This document shows, piece by piece, positions 7,476 through 15,229 of a DNA stretch of 32,000 nt. The stretch's first letter is position 1; each line of letters starts with the position of its first letter. The stretch is from Candidatus Methylomirabilis oxygeniifera (lineage in GTDB: Bacteria; Methylomirabilota; Methylomirabilia; Methylomirabilales; Methylomirabilaceae): the NCBI GenBank assembly GCA_000091165.1, contig FP565575.1:1440001-1472000 (forward strand), in the 5' to 3' direction. A program made the position numbers and the translations under genes. Under the pieces are notes generated by a model. It was not told where the DNA came from and searched no databases. It saw only the letters and a list, made by a program, of their open reading frames with translations.

Positions 7476-8804
7476 ATGAACCGAAAGCCCGCGCAGATCG
7501 TGGTATTAGGAGGAGGGTTCGGCGGCCTGTACGCCGCCATGACGCTTCAGCGAGAACTGGCCGGGTCCGACCTGGCTCAGGTGACGCTTGTGGATCGGCG
7601 TAACTATTTCACCTTTACGCCGTTCCTGCCGGAGGTGGCGGCAGGAACCCTCGGTCGGGCGCATGTCACCTACCCCTTGCGGTTCCTGGCTCAGAAAGGC
7701 GAGTTTCGCTTCATTCAGGGAACCGTTCAGGCCTTTAACCTGGTCAAGCGTACGATCCGAACGGAGACCACAACCATCCCCTACGATTATCTGATTGTGT
7801 CGCTGGGGGGCGTACCCTCGTTCTTCGGCAACCCCCAGATCGAGGCCCATGCGCTGACGCTCAACTCGGTTGATGATGCGCTTGGCATTCGAAACCATGT
7901 GATCAGGCTCTTTGAACAGGCCGTAGTCGAGCCGGATCCGATCCGGCGGCGCCAGCTCTTGACCTTTGTCGTGGCCGGAGCCGGGCCCTGTGGCGTTGAG
8001 CTGGCCGCTGAGTTGCACCACCTGATCCGGACCGCCCTCCTCAAGTTCTATCCGGTCGATCCATCCGAGATCAGAATCGTGTTAGTGTCCAAGGGCGAAC
8101 GGATTCTCCCTGACTTCGCCGGCAAGCTGGCGGACACCGGACAGCAGGCGCTGATCAAACGAGGGATTGATGTCAAGTCGAACACTCGGGTGACCGGGGC
8201 AAGTGCGGAATATGTGGAGCTAAACGATCGCGAGATCATCCCCACCCGTACTACCATCTGGGCGGCCGGGGTTACTCCGAATCCCGTCCTGGCCCTGTTG
8301 CCGGCCACAAAGAGCCCGCAGGGAGGTATTGTCGTCGATGAGTTCCTCAAGATCCCTGAATTCCCGGAGGTGTATGTCATCGGGGATGGCGCATCCGTCA
8401 TGGACCGACGCCAGGGGCGACCGTATCCGGCCCTGGCGCCGGTAGCCATTCGTCAAGGGATTCGGGCCGCCGGCAATATCATGAATACCCTCCAGGGAAG
8501 AGCCAGGGAGCCGTTTCGATTCGACTTTACCGGTAATATCGTGGGGCTCGGTTGCGGGATGGCGCTTGTGAATCTACTGGGCATCAAGTTCCATGGCCGA
8601 CTGGGGTGGTGGCTCTACCGGATGGCCCACCTGCAGCGACTGGTCAGCTTCAGGAACAAGGCGTCACTCGCCCTGACCCTGGCGCTCAATACGATCTTTG
8701 ATCGGGACATCTCCTGCGAAACCTGGCCGGAGACCGACCAACGCATGAACAGCACGAGGGCATCATCGACCCTCCCGAATTCAGGCGCACCGGTCGCCTC
8801 CTGA
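7476..8804 (+). CDS. ndh: Type II NADH dehydrogenase / NAD(P)/FAD-dependent oxidoreductase (NDH-2)
   Basis: Two Rossmann motifs, IVVLGGGFGGLYAA and FVVAGAGPCGVELAAEL, plus WAAGV and VYVIGDGA near the C-terminal part. ATG at 7476 is preceded by GAAAGGA; the track start TTG 7443 is less likely. Confidence 0.85.
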   Translation: MNRKPAQIVVLGGGFGGLYAAMTLQRELAGSDLAQVTLVDRRNYFTFTPFLPEVAAGTLGRAHVTYPLRFLAQKGEFRFIQGTVQAFNLVKRTIRTETTTIPYDYLIVSLGGVPSFFGNPQIEAHALTLNSVDDALGIRNHVIRLFEQAVVEPDPIRRRQLLTFVVAGAGPCGVELAAELHHLIRTALLKFYPVDPSEIRIVLVSKGERILPDFAGKLADTGQQALIKRGIDVKSNTRVTGASAEYVELNDREIIPTRTTIWAAGVTPNPVLALLPATKSPQGGIVVDEFLKIPEFPEVYVIGDGASVMDRRQGRPYPALAPVAIRQGIRAAGNIMNTLQGRAREPFRFDFTGNIVGLGCGMALVNLLGIKFHGRLGWWLYRMAHLQRLVSFRNKASLALTLALNTIFDRDISCETWPETDQRMNSTRASSTLPNSGAPVAS

Positions 8805-9011
8805 ATCAACTGTCAGAACACACCTCCGACCTGACCGAATTCGGCTGACTTATCGAGAACGTCATCGACCCCGGCCTCGCCCCTCTTCCGCTTGACCACA
8901 ACAAGGAATCCCCGTATCTTCATTATTGCTGGCTGATGTCCCGAAAGGCTGTTCTGTTGTCCAAACAAGGGGCCGCGGTCTGCGCCTGGTTGCGGGGGAG
9001 AAATCACACAG

Positions 9012-9947
9012 ATGACACAGCATTCGAAATGGATTGATCGCTCGAGTCTCCGGCGGATGAGGCGCCGCGGCCTGTGGCTGGCGATACTGGTTCTGATCGG
9101 AACGCTGTCCTGTACTTCCTGTATTGGCGGCGCTGAAAGACCTGCGCATGGTGAGACCTTTGCCGCCTCCACCGCTCCAGTCGCCGCCGAGGAACTGGTC
9201 CGGGTCAAACGAGTCTACGACGGAGATACCGTCCTGCTCGAAGATGGCCGGACGGTTCGGTATCTGGGCATCAACACACCCGAATATCAGGAGCCATTCT
9301 ATTTAAAAGCCAAACAGCTCAACGAGTCGCTCGTCATGGGGAAAGAGATTCGATTGGAGTTCGATCAGGAGAAGACGGATAGTCGTGATCGGCTCCTGGC
9401 CTATGTCTATGCGGGAGGCGAGATGGTCAATGCCAGGTTGATTCAGGAGGGCCTGGCGCACGCCTTCTTTATCGGGCCGAATCGGAAGCATAACGCCCTG
9501 CTCCTTCGACTTCAGGCTGAGGCCAAACAACGCAAGGTCGGTATCTGGTCTTCCAGGGGTCGCGTGAAAGATCTGAAGATTACCACCGTTCACCCTACCG
9601 ATCCGACGAAAGACGACCGATATCCTGCCTACGTCCGGATCGCTAGTCTTAGCAACGCCACAATCAGGTTGGCAGACTATGTGCTGTCGAATGAAGGAGA
9701 CCAACGATGCCGCTTCCCTGACGTGAGCCTAGAGCCGGGTTACACGGTGATCGCATCCAGCGGGAGTGGATCGGATGGCGTTGACAGTAGGGGACAACTG
9801 GTCGTCTACTGTTCTGGGCTGGTATGGGACGAAAGAGAGGATACCGCCTTTCTCAAGGATCCGGCTGGGAACCTTGTGGATACCTTCCATTACAAGGGCA
9901 AGCGGGTCAGACGATCGAGTTCACACCCCAAAGGCAAGGCTCCCTAA
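9012..9947 (+). CDS. Secreted thermonuclease (SNase-like) fused to a lamin-tail-like C-terminal domain
   Basis: Signal or lipoprotein-like N-terminus (LAILVLIGTLSCTSC). SNase motifs VKRVYDGDTVLLEDGRTVRYLGINTPE and RLLAYVY...VNARLIQEGLAH. The C-terminal beta-rich segment (YVRIASLSNATIRLADYVLSNEG...FLKDPAGNLVDTFHY) resembles a lamin tail domain. Confidence 0.75.
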   Translation: MTQHSKWIDRSSLRRMRRRGLWLAILVLIGTLSCTSCIGGAERPAHGETFAASTAPVAAEELVRVKRVYDGDTVLLEDGRTVRYLGINTPEYQEPFYLKAKQLNESLVMGKEIRLEFDQEKTDSRDRLLAYVYAGGEMVNARLIQEGLAHAFFIGPNRKHNALLLRLQAEAKQRKVGIWSSRGRVKDLKITTVHPTDPTKDDRYPAYVRIASLSNATIRLADYVLSNEGDQRCRFPDVSLEPGYTVIASSGSGSDGVDSRGQLVVYCSGLVWDEREDTAFLKDPAGNLVDTFHYKGKRVRRSSSHPKGKAP

Positions 9948-10054
9948 ATCGGGATACGGGAGAGCAATCCAAGTCTGAAAATCCAAGCGGCACAATCCTT
10001 CATTGATGAGCACTGCAATGAAAGCCGCAACGCTTGGTACGGGCGCTGCGGGTC

Positions 10055-10092
10055 TTGTCTTATACACCTGATACTGCTATATTGTGTGTATA
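10055..10092 (+). promoter_or_regulatory. Putative vapBC promoter with overlapping operator
   Basis: TTGTCT (10055-10060), 17 nt, then TATATT (10078-10083). A 7-bp inverted repeat TATACAC (10061-10067) / GTGTATA (10086-10092) brackets the -10 box. Confidence 0.35.
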
Positions 10093-10111
10093 GCATAAAG
10101 GAGGTATGTCG

Positions 10112-10312
10112 ATGCTCAGAACCAATATCGAACTTGACGAAGAACTCGTGAACGAGGCGATGAAGCTTACTCATCTGAAGACTAAGAAGGAACTTGTCAA
10201 CTACGCCCTCAAAGAACTTGTGCGCAAAGTCAAGCGAAGGGATCTTCTCTCTTTCGAGGGTAAGGTGAAATGGGAAGGCAACCTCTATGAGATGAGGAAA
10301 AGCAGAGCGTGA
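10112..10312 (+). CDS. vapB: VapB-type antitoxin
   Basis: MLRTNIELDEELVNEAMKLTHLKTKKELVNYALKELVRK is the typical VapB N-terminus. ATG 10112 has better spacing to AAGGAGG than the track start 10106. Its stop overlaps the vapC GTG (GTGA). Confidence 0.75.
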   Translation: MLRTNIELDEELVNEAMKLTHLKTKKELVNYALKELVRKVKRRDLLSFEGKVKWEGNLYEMRKSRA

Positions 10313-10707
10313 TCCTCGTGGATACCAGTGTATGGGTGGACTTCCTGAGGGGCGAGGACTCCTCCCAACGCTGGGTGCTCCACAGACTCATCGAGGACGA
10401 AGCAGATATCTCGATTACTGAGATTATCTTTACGGAAATTCTCCAGGGGATCAAGCACGACGGAGAATTTCAGGCAATAAGGGACTATCTCCTCGAGTTT
10501 CCAATCTATAGGCCGAAAGACATCGAGACCTACCTTCATGCGGCCAGGATTTACAGGGACTGTCGAAAAAAAGGCAAGACAGTGAGGAAGACGGTTGACT
10601 GCATCATCGCCGCCATTTGCATTGAAAACGATCTTACCCTCCTTCATAAAGACAGCGACTTCGACCTCATTCAGGCGTGTACGGGGCTTCAGGCGGTCGA
10701 GGTGTAG
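10309..10707 (+). CDS. vapC: VapC PIN-domain ribonuclease toxin
   Basis: ILVDTSVWVDFLRG (first acidic PIN residue), ...TEIIFTEILQG, ...VDCIIAAICIENDLTLLHKDSDFD. There is a 4-nt overlap with vapB. Confidence 0.85.
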   Translation: MILVDTSVWVDFLRGEDSSQRWVLHRLIEDEADISITEIIFTEILQGIKHDGEFQAIRDYLLEFPIYRPKDIETYLHAARIYRDCRKKGKTVRKTVDCIIAAICIENDLTLLHKDSDFDLIQACTGLQAVEV

Positions 10708-10828
10708 GCATACGATGCAACGGACAGGGAAAACGCTTCCTGCCTGAACCAACGGGTTGTCAACCCTCTTGCCCGTAGGACAGCGAAGACGAACGCTCGC
10801 TCGACGTGATACTGCTGGCGGAGCCACA

Positions 10829-11164
10829 ATGAAGGCGATGCGAACACGGAATGTGGGCAAGTTGATCGAACAGATGGTTCGGGTAATCATCCGGAAGTTT
10901 AACCCGGAGCGCATCATCTTATTCGGATCTCATGCTCGTGGCGAGGCCGGACCGGATAGCGACGTAGATCTCCTCATCGTGATGCCAGTAGAAGGTTCGA
11001 GAAGGCAAAAGGCAGTCGAGATCGGGGTGGCGCTGCACGATATACGCCTACCCAAAGACATCATCGTGACGACTCCTGAGGACTTCGAGTGGCGCAAGGA
11101 GATCGTAGGCACGATCGAACGGCCTGCGGTACGGGAAGGAAGAGTCCTCTATGCCCGCATATGA
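10829..11164 (+). CDS. Nucleotidyltransferase-domain protein (MNT-type antitoxin of an MNT/HEPN pair)
   Basis: ILFGSHARGEAGPDSDVDLLIV is the GS-X9-DxD nucleotidyltransferase motif. ATG at 10829 is preferred over the track start 10757. It overlaps the downstream HEPN gene. Confidence 0.8.
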   Translation: MKAMRTRNVGKLIEQMVRVIIRKFNPERIILFGSHARGEAGPDSDVDLLIVMPVEGSRRQKAVEIGVALHDIRLPKDIIVTTPEDFEWRKEIVGTIERPAVREGRVLYARI

Positions 11165-11576
11165 ACGGGCCCTCGCCGTCGTTCGCGGGTGGGTCGAGAA
11201 GGCAGAGAGCGACCTGGCAAATGCGACTCTCGCCCTGGGAGCAGGCAAGACGTGCCCGGCCGATACGGTCGCTTTCCACGCCCAGCAGTGTGCGGAGAAG
11301 TACCTGAAGGCCTTTCTGGCCTTCAGGGGACTGGACTTTCCGAGGACCCACGATATCGGGGAATTGGTCGCATTGATAGGTACAGGTGTGCGCGTTCAGT
11401 TGTCAGTCCAGGAACAACGCCAACTGACGTCGTATGGGACGGTGACGCGGTATCCGGGAGACTACGAGCCGATTACGGTTACAGAGGCTCGCCGGGCCGT
11501 CGCGCTGGCGCGTCGCGTCCGCGCTGCGGTCAGGAAGCTCCCGCCGAAAGACACGCTTCCGAAGGAGAGGAAGTAG
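11151..11576 (+). CDS. HEPN-domain protein (toxin partner of MNT)
   Basis: All-helical, AFHAQQCAEKYLKAFLAFRGLDFPRTHDIGELV with the R-x4-H HEPN motif. There is a 14-nt overlap with the MNT gene. Confidence 0.8.
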   Translation: MPAYERALAVVRGWVEKAESDLANATLALGAGKTCPADTVAFHAQQCAEKYLKAFLAFRGLDFPRTHDIGELVALIGTGVRVQLSVQEQRQLTSYGTVTRYPGDYEPITVTEARRAVALARRVRAAVRKLPPKDTLPKERK

Positions 11577-11690
11577 CCGATGGAACCGTGGTGCAGGCTG
11601 ATCAGATTTATACCGGGACAGGCGTGGTTCTATCCAATTCGCCATGGCGCAAACGCCTTGCACTGCCGTTAGACGGAGCTAGGGCATCGT

Positions 11691-12571
11691 ATGGCAACTC
11701 AGATCGAAGAAGATGCAGGTTTGCTGCTTGGGGCGCTTGCCGAAGAGCCGCGGGATAGCTATGTCAGTGGCGGCCATCTCCAGCAGAAGACCGGCCTCGA
11801 TCCAGGACGAATCAACGATGCGATAGCCATTCTCGTCGACTCCGGACTGGCTGAGTGGCTACAGGTTATGGGCACAGCGCCGTTTGATTTCGGTAAGGCA
11901 GCTATTACCCCACGTGGTCGATACGAGTATCAACGAGCCATCGAAGAGAAGAAGATAGCAGCAGAGAGACAGCCGCCGGGCGGTATGCCTCGGACAACAA
12001 TTGCGGCAGTCGCTGGCGCGATCCGTCCTCCGGTACCTGTGGGTTTTCACCGTATGGGTTTACCGACGAGGACTGGGAGATCGTTGCCGATCGCAAGGCA
12101 AAACAAGAGCAGCTTCGGGTTGTCTTGGGCTACCAGTTCGAGTCGGAACACTACGACTCAACCAGGCTCAAACAGAACATCGAGACCTCGTTTAAAAATG
12201 CCGTCACCGAATACAACAAACGCCCGTTCGATCCTTGCGTGTCATTGGAGTTCAAGCCTCTTGCGGCTGGCTATGGGGAGCATCTCTTCAATGAGATCGC
12301 CCGTGACATCATAAGCGCAGACATCGCGGTCTTCGAAGCGCCTGACCTGAACTCAAACGTCATGGTCGAGATGGGCGTGGCTCTCACCTGGGGCGTTCGT
12401 GTCCTGCCCATTAAGGCGGCTGGTAGACCGAAGCCTCCGTCTGATGTGTCCGGTCACACTTGGGCAGATTACGAGGACAGTGCTTCGAGATTTTGCGACC
12501 CTGACCATCAGTCGAAAGTCGTTCACATGATCCAGAGAGCGATTCGTAAGAAGGGGAAGAGCTCCGTCTAG
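11691..12571 (+). pseudogene. Split gene: winged-helix-like N-terminal domain (frame of 11691) joined to an NDT/TIR-superfamily-like C-terminal domain (frame of 12125) via a -1 shift near 12041-12047
   Basis: The frame of 11691 looks coding up to about 12045 (...ITPRGRYEYQRAIEEKKIAAERQPPGG...PVPVGF) and then turns to low-complexity junk. The -1 frame is open from 11897 and looks coding from 12047 (SPYGFTDEDWEIVADRKAKQEQLRVVLGYQFESEHYDS...ADIAVFEAPDLNSNVMVEMGVALTWGVRVLPI). That frame has no canonical start before 12125. This could be a pseudogene, a sequencing error or programmed frameshifting. Confidence 0.5.
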
Positions 12572-12578
12572 CCGAGTT

Positions 12579-12610
12579 GTCGGGTTACGCTGCGCTAACC
12601 CGACCTACGG
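12579..12610. repeat. REP-like palindromic intergenic repeat, copy 2 (GTCGGGTTACGCTGCGCTAACCCGACCTACGG)
   Basis: 31/32 identical to 2138-2169. It lies between convergent genes (ends at 12571 and 12630), where its hairpin could act as a bidirectional terminator. The 12577..12789 ORF (MSGYAALTRPT...) is a spurious translation of it. Confidence 0.6.
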
Positions 12611-12629
12611 ATGCAATACCCAACAACCG

Positions 12630-13646
12630 TCACTTTAGGGCCTTTTCCAGAATCTTGCGGAGCTCGGTGCTGGGTTTCGCGAAGCCGAATCGATCATTGG
12701 GAGAGACCCCGTACAGCATCCCCACCACCTCACGCTTCAGATTGAGCAGTGGCGCCCCGCTGCAGCCTTGTTGGATCCCGTCGGACTGAAAATCGGCGCT
12801 GAACGCCTGGCCGCCGTTCAGCGACTTTTCGAAAATTCCGACCCGTCCCCGGATGTCCCCAATCGGCCCACACACGGTGCCGATCACTGTTTCGTTCTGG
12901 AGAAGTTCAGGCCGATCCGGTAGGGCGGCAGCCGGAAGTGGTCGAGTAACTCTCTGCAGTCGGAGCAGCAGGATGTCTGAACTCCCCAGGCGCCTTGCAA
13001 TGTCGGCAGCATATTCCTTGCTCAGGTGCATGACTCGGATGCTGCCCCCCCTGTCCAGATGCGCGTTGGTCAGTACATACCCTCGAGCGTCCGCGATAAA
13101 TCCGTGCGCAAAGCTTTTGACGCTCCCTTCGCCATCGACATTCTCAACGGTCACGAGGAACGGCGGCGCCTGCTCCAGCGTCCGCCGCATCTCTTCTTCC
13201 TCAGGGCGCACGAGGTTGATACTCTCTTTCTCCGCCTCTTTTTGAATCTTCTCGATAGCCTGAATGGCATTGACGCGCTGATTGAGATCCTCGATGCTTC
13301 TGGCGATCCGAATCGCCTCCTCAATTTCACCGCATTCCCCTGCAAGCGAGACAGCAATCCAGTACTGCTGCATGGAACGCGCTAACGGTGAGGCAATGAC
13401 TCGTGACAGCGTTAAGGCCTCCTGAAGTACTCGGATTCCAGGCTCTTTGGGAAACGACTGACACATCATCTTGCCGATACCGGACACCGATTGCGTCTGC
13501 TCCTCCTTGTCACGTATCGACCGAGCCTGCTCCAGCAGAGCGGAAAATCTTTTCTCGATTGCCGTCTGAGCCTCACCCCAACTCAATCCGGGCATGCTCA
13601 GTGCAAGGCCCACGAGTACGGCGATCCGTGTCATCCGACGTTGCAT
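12630..13646 (-). CDS. Secreted trypsin-like serine protease (S1 family) with an N-terminal helical-repeat region
   Basis: Signal peptide MQRRMTRIAVLVGLALSMPGLSWGEAQ and a roughly 150-aa helical N-terminal part. Catalytic triad candidates are YVLTNAHL (His), SDILLLRL (Asp) and IQQGCSGAPLL (Ser in GxSGxP). Confidence 0.75.
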   Translation of the reverse strand: MQRRMTRIAVLVGLALSMPGLSWGEAQTAIEKRFSALLEQARSIRDKEEQTQSVSGIGKMMCQSFPKEPGIRVLQEALTLSRVIASPLARSMQQYWIAVSLAGECGEIEEAIRIARSIEDLNQRVNAIQAIEKIQKEAEKESINLVRPEEEEMRRTLEQAPPFLVTVENVDGEGSVKSFAHGFIADARGYVLTNAHLDRGGSIRVMHLSKEYAADIARRLGSSDILLLRLQRVTRPLPAAALPDRPELLQNETVIGTVCGPIGDIRGRVGIFEKSLNGGQAFSADFQSDGIQQGCSGAPLLNLKREVVGMLYGVSPNDRFGFAKPSTELRKILEKALK

Positions 13647-13892
13647 CTACCCTATCTCCTCATTTCACCTTGAAGTCCTCGCGCTCGTTCTATGGCGCCG
13701 GTGCGCGGCTCTTTCACGCGATAGAATTACCAAAGGATATCAAAAAAGGAGGTGAAACGAAAGGACGCCAGCGACCTGTGGGCTCCCGATCTTGTCGAGA
13801 TACGCACATTACGATCATCGTCACGGATGGCTACCGCACCGGAGCCACACTACGGCTACTCCCGATCGACGGCAGTTACATCTTAAAAGGTA

Positions 13893-14336
13893 TTATGGGG
13901 TTCGGGCGATTTCGACGTGGAGAATGTTCAGGTCTTCAGCTTCGGCTGCTCGAAGTAAACGCTCGTCGGCCGCGGCAAACGTGATGTCTTCACCGAGTGC
14001 GTTCTTGAGGCTGATGGCGGAGGCCAGATGAACGGCATCGAAACCTTTGAGGGGATGCTGCCGGATCAGATCGCGTGCAAGAAATAGGATGTCGTCGTGC
14101 AGTTCTACTCGGATGTAGGCCTGCCAATCGGCTTCAAATTGCCGGTAGGCGAGGCCATACTGGACATCGGAGAGGTGGCCTTCGCGGAGTTTACGGGTAA
14201 GGCCGGCATAGACTTCGGCATACGCAATCTTGGCCGTTGCGATGGGCCCCTCTCGTTTCACGAGGCTCTGCACCAGCGGCGAACCCTTTTCGGCGACAAA
14301 CCGCTTGATAAGGGCGCTGGTGTCCAGGTAGTTCAT
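13893..14336 (-). CDS. vapC: VapC-like PIN-domain toxin
   Basis: MNYLDTSALIKRFVAEKGS... with ...FDAVHLASAI and ...FAAADERLLRAAEAE, the PIN acidic residues. There is a 4-nt overlap with the upstream antitoxin. Confidence 0.85.
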   Translation of the reverse strand: MNYLDTSALIKRFVAEKGSPLVQSLVKREGPIATAKIAYAEVYAGLTRKLREGHLSDVQYGLAYRQFEADWQAYIRVELHDDILFLARDLIRQHPLKGFDAVHLASAISLKNALGEDITFAAADERLLRAAEAEDLNILHVEIARTP

Positions 14337-14614
14337 CGCCGATCTTCGAGGATGGTTTTTGAAATCGGAGTTCCGGTGACTTTGGCCAGGTGGACTTTCT
14401 TTACGGGTTTTTCGGTTGGCAACGTAATCATGCCTTGAGCTGCCAGCTTGGCCAGCTTGGCCTCCCGGCTTACGACGTGCTCTGCGGACTTGATGGATTG
14501 GATCAGAGCGATCGGTTTGCCCCGTTCTGTCACGATCACTTCCTCGCCTTTTTTCGTCCGCTGGAGATATTGCGTAAGCCGATTTTTGAGTTCCTTGACG
14601 CCAACGCTGCTCAT
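14333..14614 (-). CDS. Phd/YefM-family antitoxin
   Basis: MSSVGVKELKNRLTQYLQRTKKGEEVIVTERGKPIALIQS is the Phd/YefM N-terminal fold signature. ATG 14614 has the best spacing to GAGG; the track start is GTG 14623. Confidence 0.8.
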   Translation of the reverse strand: MSSVGVKELKNRLTQYLQRTKKGEEVIVTERGKPIALIQSIKSAEHVVSREAKLAKLAAQGMITLPTEKPVKKVHLAKVTGTPISKTILEDRR

Positions 14615-14629
14615 AGACATCACCTCTCT

Positions 14630-14665
14630 AGTAGCTAGAGTAGCTACTTATAACAAGACTGTCAA
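14630..14665 (-). promoter_or_regulatory. Putative promoter and operator of the phd-vapC pair
   Basis: A perfect minus-strand TTGACA (plus coordinates 14660-14665), 17 nt, then TACTCT. A perfect 8-bp inverted repeat AGTAGCTA-GAG-TAGCTACT (14630-14648) overlaps the -10 region. Confidence 0.4.
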
Positions 14666-14759
14666 TGTTTATCGTGTCTGACTGACGGCAAGGATTGCAA
14701 GTCGGTCGAGAGCTAAGGAAGCGCATCCCGCGGCACCTCTCGATCTTCACTTCAAGAAG

Positions 14760-15081
14760 TTTTCAAGAATTTTGCGGAGCTCGGTGCCTGGAAGTCGTTC
14801 AGGCGCTGACGGAGAAGCTTCCCGGCGTACGGCCGATTACCGTCCACTGGTCCGGATGCCCAGCCGGATGCGGCAATCATCAGGGCGCCAACATCGGCCT
14901 GCAAGGCACGAAGATCAGAATCAACGGCAAAACGGTCGAGGCGGTCCACATCTACGTAGGTGAACGATCCGGGCCAAAGCCCCAGATCGGTCAGATGATC
15001 ATGGCAGATGTCCCGTACAGCGAGCTGTCCCACGTCATGGAAGGGCTCGTACAGTTCTATCCCCGGAAGAGACCCACGTAG
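14760..15081 (+). pseudogene. C-terminal fragment of a ferredoxin-dependent nitrite/sulfite reductase (NirA/Sir family)
   Basis: PITVHWSGCPAGCGNHQGANIGLQGTKIRINGKTVEAVHIYVGERSG...ELSHVMEGLVQFY matches the last ~105 aa of NirA-type enzymes (..HWTGCPNSCGQ.Q.ADIGL.GTK....GK.VEGV.IY.GG..G). The preceding ~450 aa of the enzyme are absent. The TTG at 14695 is unlikely to be a real start. Confidence 0.6.
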
Positions 15082-15229
15082 TAGAAGACGTCCCCGCCGT
15101 CTACCACGACTTCCCCTGTGAGCCTCCGGCCGCGACACACCCTCCCGATAGAAGAAGTCCGAGATAAACCGCTGGGCTTCTGCTATAGTAATATGGACTT
15201 GAACCTGGCGCATTTGGAGTGCATAGCTC

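Noticed and set aside
8813-9208. 131-aa and 95-aa minus-strand ORFs between ndh and the nuclease gene
   Set aside because: They have no motifs, overlap the nuclease signal-peptide region in antisense, and are low-complexity.
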